A DNA stretch of 63,289 bases, filler included, from Perkinsus olseni (taxonomy: Eukaryota): assembly GCA_013115125.1 (NCBI GenBank). It is 23 parts of 23 records of this genome, joined end to end, with 100 filler letters (N's around TTAATTAATTAA, not from the genome) between each part and the next. Parts side by side here need not be neighbours in the genome. Positions count along the whole stretch, not along the records: positions 60,679 to 63,289 come from JABANN010001533.1; 22 more parts are not named here. One strand, written 5' to 3'. Below the pieces are notes generated by a model, which did no database searches, was not told where the DNA came from, and worked only from the letters and a program-made list of their open reading frames with translations. This document shows, in pieces, positions 62,584-63,289 of the stretch. The position numbers and the translations under genes were made by a program. The first letter of the stretch is position 1. Every line of letters begins with the position of its first letter.

Positions 62584-63289
62584 TTACAACTGCAGGGCTC
62601 CGCCGTCCCCCAACAGACGGAAGGATGTTCCCAGTGCTTACAATAGGAACTCTCTTTGAGACTAGCACAACGAAGATCTTCCTCGTAACAATTTTGACCG
62701 GTACTCGCAGGAGTGGTCGTAGAAGTGGAGACTCGAGCACAGGTACAAGGCTCATTGCTTCCCCAACAGACAGACGGGAGTTTATAGGTCATGCAGAAGG
62801 AACCAGAGTAGCCGTCGGAACACTTTCTGTCGGCCTCTTCGCAGTCACTCGAACTGCCCGACGTCGTCGTAGGAACCTCTGTCGTGGTCGTAGGAACCTC
62901 AGTCGTGGTCGTAGGAACCTCAGTCGTGGTCGTAGAAACCTCAGTCGTGGTCGTAGAAACCTCAGTCGTGGTCGTAGAAACCTCGGTCGTGGTCGTAGAA
63001 ACCTCGGTCGTGGTCGTAGAAACCTCAGTCGTGGTCGTAGAAACCTCGGTCGTGGTCGTAGAAACCTCAGTCGTGGTCGTAGGAACCTCAGTCGTGGTCG
63101 TAGGAACCTCAGTCGTGGTCGTAGGAACCTCAGTCGTAGAGACCTCAGTCGTGGTCGTAGGAACCTCAGTCGTGGTCGTAGGAACCTCAGTCGTAGTCGC
63201 AGTTGTCTCAACCCCACATATGCTGTCATCGATATCAATGGTCATCAAGTCAACAGCCTCGAAGTTGAACATATCAATCGCGTTGTAGC
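62580..63289 (-). CDS. Mucin-like protein: Thr-rich heptad stalk plus two Cys-rich modules (5' partial)
   Basis: (TTTTEV[P/S])n encoded by a 21-bp repeat (about 62866-63200), followed by C.E.D..C......S[FY]C......PSVCWG..EPC.C twice. Confidence 0.88.
   Translation of the reverse strand, partial: YNAIDMFNFEAVDLMTIDIDDSICGVETTATTTEVPTTTTEVPTTTTEVSTTEVPTTTTEVPTTTTEVPTTTTEVSTTTTEVSTTTTEVSTTTTEVSTTTTEVSTTTTEVSTTTTEVSTTTTEVPTTTTEVPTTTTEVPTTTSGSSSDCEEADRKCSDGYSGSFCMTYKLPSVCWGSNEPCTCARVSTSTTTPASTGQNCYEEDLRCASLKESSYCKHWEHPSVCWGTAEPCSCN

Noticed and set aside
62789-63288. Arg/Leu-rich and Val-rich repeat ORFs
   Set aside because: These are alternative-frame and antisense readings of the Thr-rich mucin repeat.

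Overview
This is not a contiguous locus. It is a pseudo-molecule of 23 unrelated short contigs, sorted by decreasing length (2717 down to about 2611 bp). They are joined by an artificial 100-bp linker (N44-TTAATTAATTAA-N44, stop codons in all frames), so adjacency across a linker means nothing and ORFs ending 'XXX-LIN' are artefacts. The DNA is eukaryotic, about 50% GC, with many short spliceosomal introns. Gene style and the Cys-rich 'GSYCK..P.VC(F/W)G' secreted modules suggest a Perkinsus-like alveolate; this is an inference. Recognisable host genes are WDR33/Pfs2, UTP4, an amidase, two cytochrome P450 halves, an MFS transporter, a Ser/Thr kinase, a JmjC protein lacking its metal ligands, a gamma-glutamylcyclotransferase (GGCT) fused to a MAPR/cytochrome-b5-like domain, a YbaK-like domain next to a DEDD 3'-5' exonuclease domain, and Cys-rich or mucin-like secreted proteins. 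Mobile DNA is abundant: five LTR-retrotransposon fragments, a Mutator transposase relic, a MITE and a foldback-like element. The most interesting signal is an LTR-retroelement lineage whose RT and RNase H carry BEL/Pao motifs (a group described from animals) while its integrase and protease look Ty3/Gypsy-like. One Gag carries a CCCH finger instead of CCHC knuckles. Palindromes with a single-base spacer recur across many contigs.
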